Positions 60,498 through 64,000 of a stretch of 64,000 nucleotides of DNA are shown here, in pieces. Position 1 is the stretch's first letter. Each line of letters begins with the position of its first letter. Position numbers and translations under genes: made by a program. Below the pieces are notes generated by a model, which saw only the letters and a program-made list of their open reading frames with translations, was not told the DNA's origin and ran no database searches. This DNA comes from an uncultured Alphaproteobacteria bacterium (GTDB lineage: Bacteria > Pseudomonadota > Alphaproteobacteria > GCA-2731375). The stretch lies in contig CATOSZ010000009.1 of assembly GCA_951812805.1 (NCBI GenBank), forward strand, positions 120,089 through 184,088, given 5' to 3'.

Positions 60498-61244
60498 GTG
60501 TCTCTCGAGCCCGCGTTCTCGATGCCGGCGGCACCGCCGCCCACGGCCCCGGCTCCGGCCGGGCCACCGGCCGTCGAGGTCACGGGCGTCGACTACGCCT
60601 TCAAGTCGAACCGTGCCGGCCGCAAGGTCCTGCGCGACATCGACCTGGCCCTGGCACCCGGAGATTTCGTCGTGCTGACGGGCCCTTCGGGCTCGGGCAA
60701 AACGACCCTGCTGTCGCTGATCGGCGCGCTGCGGGCGGTACAGGAAGGTTCGATCCGCCTCGACGGCGCCGAACTGAAAGGCCTCGGCCAGAGCAAGATG
60801 GAGCGCATGCGCCGCACCATCGGCTTCATATTTCAGGACCATAACCTGTTCGAATCCCTCACCGCCATCGAGACCCTGCGCCTCGCCATGCGCCTGCTGC
60901 CGGAGCGTTACAAGCGGCGCGACTTTCGCGAGCGGCCCCTCGCCCTGCTGGAGGAGCTTGGCCTGAGCGAGTTCGCCGATACCAAGCCGGCGAAACTCTC
61001 CACCGGGCAGAAGCAACGAATCGCCATCGCCCGGGCGTTGATCAACCATCCCCGCCTGATCCTGGCGGACGAGCCGACCGCCGCCCTCGACAGCGAGATG
61101 GGCGGCCAGGTGATCGCCATGCTGCGCCGGCGCGCGGTCGAGGAGAAGACGGCGATTTTGATGGTGACCCACGATCCACGACTGTTCCGGAGCGCCGACA
61201 GGGTGGTCAAAATGGTCGACGGGCAAATCGTGAGCGAGGGTTGA
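60498..61244 (+). CDS. DevA-like ABC ATPase
   Basis: GPSGSGKTTLLSLIGALR.VQEG, LSTGQKQR, LADEPTAALD, VTHD.R. Confidence 0.9.
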   Translation: MSLEPAFSMPAAPPPTAPAPAGPPAVEVTGVDYAFKSNRAGRKVLRDIDLALAPGDFVVLTGPSGSGKTTLLSLIGALRAVQEGSIRLDGAELKGLGQSKMERMRRTIGFIFQDHNLFESLTAIETLRLAMRLLPERYKRRDFRERPLALLEELGLSEFADTKPAKLSTGQKQRIAIARALINHPRLILADEPTAALDSEMGGQVIAMLRRRAVEEKTAILMVTHDPRLFRSADRVVKMVDGQIVSEG

Positions 61245-61247
61245 GGC

Positions 61248-62696
61248 ATGGCATCGCTCACCCGCCTGGCGCTGCTCGCCGGACTGTTCGCCGCCCCTGC
61301 GACCGGCGTGCTCGGCGCACCGCTGGCGCTGGAGCAGGTGGTCGACCTGGTCCTCACCGCCCATCCCGCCCTCGAAAGCCAGCAAAGCGCGATCGGCGAG
61401 AGCCGCGCCCGCGCCGACATCGAGTCCGGTAGGTTCGACTGGCGTGGCTTCGCCGAGGGGTCCTTCGAACGGCGTGAGGTCGTCAAGGACGAAGGCGGCT
61501 TCCTTCTCAACGATACCGACACCGTATCCATTTACGGCGGTCGCTTCGGCGTTTCGAAGCAGTTCCGCAATGGCATCGTCGTGCGCCCGGGCTTCACCGT
61601 CTTCAACAGTATCGGCGAGGATTCGGAGCAGGTCCTGGCGGAGACGCAGACCGCGCCGTTCATCACGATCACATGGCCATTGCTCAAAGGCTCGGGCAAG
61701 CACGCGGCGGCGGGCGAGCGGGCGGCGCGTTCCGACATCATGGCCACTCAGTTCCGCGCCCGGCATGAAAGGCGCGGCCTGCTTCACTCCGCCGTGCGTG
61801 CCCATTGGCAGACGCTCGCCGCACAGAAACGGTTCGAGATCGTCCGACGGCTGGCCGGACATGTCGCGGATTCGGCGGAGACCACCGCGCAGCTGGTCAG
61901 CCGCGGTGAACTGGCGCCGCTCGCCGCGCAGGAGGCGAAAGCGGACCTGGCGTTGCGCCGCCTCGAAATCGGCCAGGCGCGGGTCGCCTGGCTGGTGACC
62001 CGGCGCACGCTCGCCATTGCGCTTGGCCAGGAAACGGCGAGCGTCGCCGATCTGCCGGATGCCGCGGGATCGTTTCCGCGCGTCGTCCTCCTTCCCGACT
62101 CCGGCGGGCCGGACGAGGACGTGCTGATAAAGGGTGCGGTCGAGAACCGTGCGGACATCCTGATGCTGCGCCAACGGGCGAGTTCGGAGGATATTCGCGT
62201 CGCCGCCGCGGAGAACGGTCTGTTGCCGCAAGTCGACCTGGTGCTCGAACAGACGGGCGTTCGTGTGAAGCTCGCCCACAGTCTGCAGAATACGGCCGCC
62301 GAAGGTCGTCTCGGCGTGGCACGCGCCGCGGAAAACCAGGTGCGCGTCGACCTCACCCGCCGCCTGCGTGACCTCAAGACGGATGTGCAGACTATTCTGG
62401 AACGCCTGCGCCTCGCCGGCGGCGCCTACGAATTGGCGCGCCAGACCCTCGACCTGCTCGACGGAATCGCGACGGACAAAGGGCGCGAAGGCGTCAACGG
62501 CCCGGGTGCCGATCTCGCCACGCTTTCCAAGATTGCGCGGGTCCGACGCCAGATCGTCGACGCCAATCTGGAATATGCGCTAGCGCTCGCCGACTTGCGG
62601 TTCGTGACCGGGGGACTCGACGACGACGGCGAGGGCGAGGGCGAGGCGACGACCCGGGTCGCCCAGCAGTTCCAGAATCTGCCGTCCGAACGGTAG
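61248..62696 (+). CDS. TolC-family outer-membrane factor
   Basis: Signal peptide, repeated OEP helices (PLL.G.G, R.D, LLPQVDL), ALADL...TG end. Confidence 0.8.
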   Translation: MASLTRLALLAGLFAAPATGVLGAPLALEQVVDLVLTAHPALESQQSAIGESRARADIESGRFDWRGFAEGSFERREVVKDEGGFLLNDTDTVSIYGGRFGVSKQFRNGIVVRPGFTVFNSIGEDSEQVLAETQTAPFITITWPLLKGSGKHAAAGERAARSDIMATQFRARHERRGLLHSAVRAHWQTLAAQKRFEIVRRLAGHVADSAETTAQLVSRGELAPLAAQEAKADLALRRLEIGQARVAWLVTRRTLAIALGQETASVADLPDAAGSFPRVVLLPDSGGPDEDVLIKGAVENRADILMLRQRASSEDIRVAAAENGLLPQVDLVLEQTGVRVKLAHSLQNTAAEGRLGVARAAENQVRVDLTRRLRDLKTDVQTILERLRLAGGAYELARQTLDLLDGIATDKGREGVNGPGADLATLSKIARVRRQIVDANLEYALALADLRFVTGGLDDDGEGEGEATTRVAQQFQNLPSER

Positions 62697-62711
62697 CCGG
62701 GTTCGGCGATC

Positions 62712-63851
62712 ATGACCCGGGAGGTCGGCAAGATCGCCCTCTTCCTGCCCGCGTTGCGCAGCGGTGGGGCGGGACGGGTGATGATCAACCTGGCACGCGG
62801 TTTCACCGATCTCGGCCTCGACGCGGAAATCGTCATCACCAAGGGCATCGGCTCGTTCCTCGACGTCGTGCCCGACGGCATCCAGGTGGTCAGCCTGGGG
62901 GGCGAGACGGGACGGCTTCCGGCGCTCGCCTTCCACAATTATCTGCGCCGTGCGCGGCCGAGCCACATCCTCTCCACCGTGTTCGGCGCCAACACGACGG
63001 CACCCTGGGTCACGCGGCTGTCGGGCCTCCGAGCCCGGGTCGTCGTGCACCAGGAGACGACGCTCACCGAGTTCGAGCTGAAGGGCTGGCGCTACAAGCG
63101 CCCGCTTCGCCTGCCGCGGATGCGGCTGAATTACCGGCTGGCCGACGCGGTCCTGGTCAATTCGGCCGGCAGCGCCGCCGACCTGGTCCGCCACCGCGTC
63201 GTCCGCCCCGAGCGGATCCGCGTCGTGCCCAATCCGGTATACGAGCCCGAGATGGAAAGCCTCGCCGGCGCGGCGGCCGGCCATCCCTGGCTCGACGAAA
63301 AGGCCGGCCCGGTCTTGGTCGGCGCCGGCCGCCTCGGCTTTACCAAGGACTACGAGACGCCGATCCGGGCGTTGGCCCGGGTCCGCGAACAGCTGCCGGC
63401 CCGCCTGGTGATCCTCGGCGAGGGGCCGGACCTCGCACCGCTGCGGGCGCTTGCCGCCGAACTCGGCCTCGCCGACGCGGTGGCCTTCCCGGGCTTCCTC
63501 GCCAATCCCCATGCCGTCCTCGCGCGGGCCGACCTCTTCGTGCACAGCGCGCGCTGGGAGGGGTTCGGCAATGTCCTGGTCGAGGCGCTTGCCGCCGGGA
63601 CGCCGGTGGTCGCGACGCTGTGTCCCGGCGGCCCCCGCGAGATCCTGCGTGAGGGCGAATACGGCCGGCTGGTGCCGGTCCGCGACCCCGCCGCCATGGC
63701 CGAGGCGATCCTGGCGACCCTGGCGACCCCCCCCGATCCAGCCCCGCTAGTAGCGCATGCCCGACGCTTTTCGATCGCCGAAGTCGCACCGCGCTTTCTC
63801 GCCGTGCTGCGCGGCGACGGCGACGCGGCGGACGTCTATCGCCCACAATAA
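62712..63851 (+). CDS. GT4 family glycosyltransferase
   Basis: GGAGRV, GRL...K, S.RWEGFGNVLVEALAAG.PVV.T, GP.EIL. Confidence 0.9.
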   Translation: MTREVGKIALFLPALRSGGAGRVMINLARGFTDLGLDAEIVITKGIGSFLDVVPDGIQVVSLGGETGRLPALAFHNYLRRARPSHILSTVFGANTTAPWVTRLSGLRARVVVHQETTLTEFELKGWRYKRPLRLPRMRLNYRLADAVLVNSAGSAADLVRHRVVRPERIRVVPNPVYEPEMESLAGAAAGHPWLDEKAGPVLVGAGRLGFTKDYETPIRALARVREQLPARLVILGEGPDLAPLRALAAELGLADAVAFPGFLANPHAVLARADLFVHSARWEGFGNVLVEALAAGTPVVATLCPGGPREILREGEYGRLVPVRDPAAMAEAILATLATPPDPAPLVAHARRFSIAEVAPRFLAVLRGDGDAADVYRPQ

Positions 63852-63929
63852 CGCGGCCCCTGTTCCGGTCGTGCGGCGGCTGGCATAGACTTCGCGCCGC
63901 CAAAGCACAGGGAAACGGAGGTCTCGTCC

Positions 63930-64000
63930 ATGGCATCGTTGAACCGCGTCCTGATCGCCAACCGGGGCGAGATCGCCATTCGTATCGCCCGGGCGGCCGC
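63930..64000 (+). CDS. Biotin carboxylase-domain protein, 5' end (partial)
   Basis: GGAGG RBS then MASLNRVLIANRGEIAIRIARAA, running off the window edge. Confidence 0.8.
   Translation, partial: MASLNRVLIANRGEIAIRIARAA

Noticed and set aside
59709-62279. 856-aa minus-strand ORF, and similar long ORFs such as 1635-3707, 35614-37728, 32123-34015, 13499-15283 and 53764-55692
   Set aside because: Antisense shadows of well-supported genes; high GC suppresses stop codons and they contain no motifs.
1-64000. CRISPR arrays, tRNA/rRNA genes, prophage, integrase or reverse-transcriptase systems
   Set aside because: No regularly spaced repeats, RNA-gene signatures or corresponding protein motifs seen by eye; a covariance-model scan would be needed to exclude small RNAs.

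Overview
GC-rich (about 70%) alphaproteobacterial chromosome segment, probably Rhodospirillales-like, inferred from gene content and synteny. Core islands are xseB-ispA-dxs-tlyA-RNA methyltransferase, argJ-mutT, and phaA/phaC-like/phaR. Between them lie accessory modules. (1) A composite IS21 element (7126-10101) carries a nested, internally deleted IS256 and abuts a 5'-truncated gene. (2) A LysR-controlled divergent catabolic locus holds a betaine-type ABC transporter, a dipeptidase-family amidohydrolase, an unassignable 561-aa protein, a DUF3726-like protein and a VOC protein. (3) A co-oriented signalling cluster (TonB receptor, YfiR, hybrid kinase, lipoprotein, Cys-rich secreted protein, Amt-GAF fusion) has CtrA-type boxes upstream. 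(4) A tightly coupled 7-gene operon encodes a complex-II-like dehydrogenase and an Fe-S hydro-lyase whose substrate motifs differ from succinate dehydrogenase and fumarase. (5) A single-chain acyl-CoA carboxylase is frameshifted. (6) An IS630 sits next to a low-GC RloA/RloB defence pair. (7) A DevBCA-TolC-glycosyltransferase exporter closes the window. No rRNA, tRNA or CRISPR array was seen. Family calls come from motif recognition by eye, not database searches. The best candidates for undescribed systems are (4), (2) and (3).
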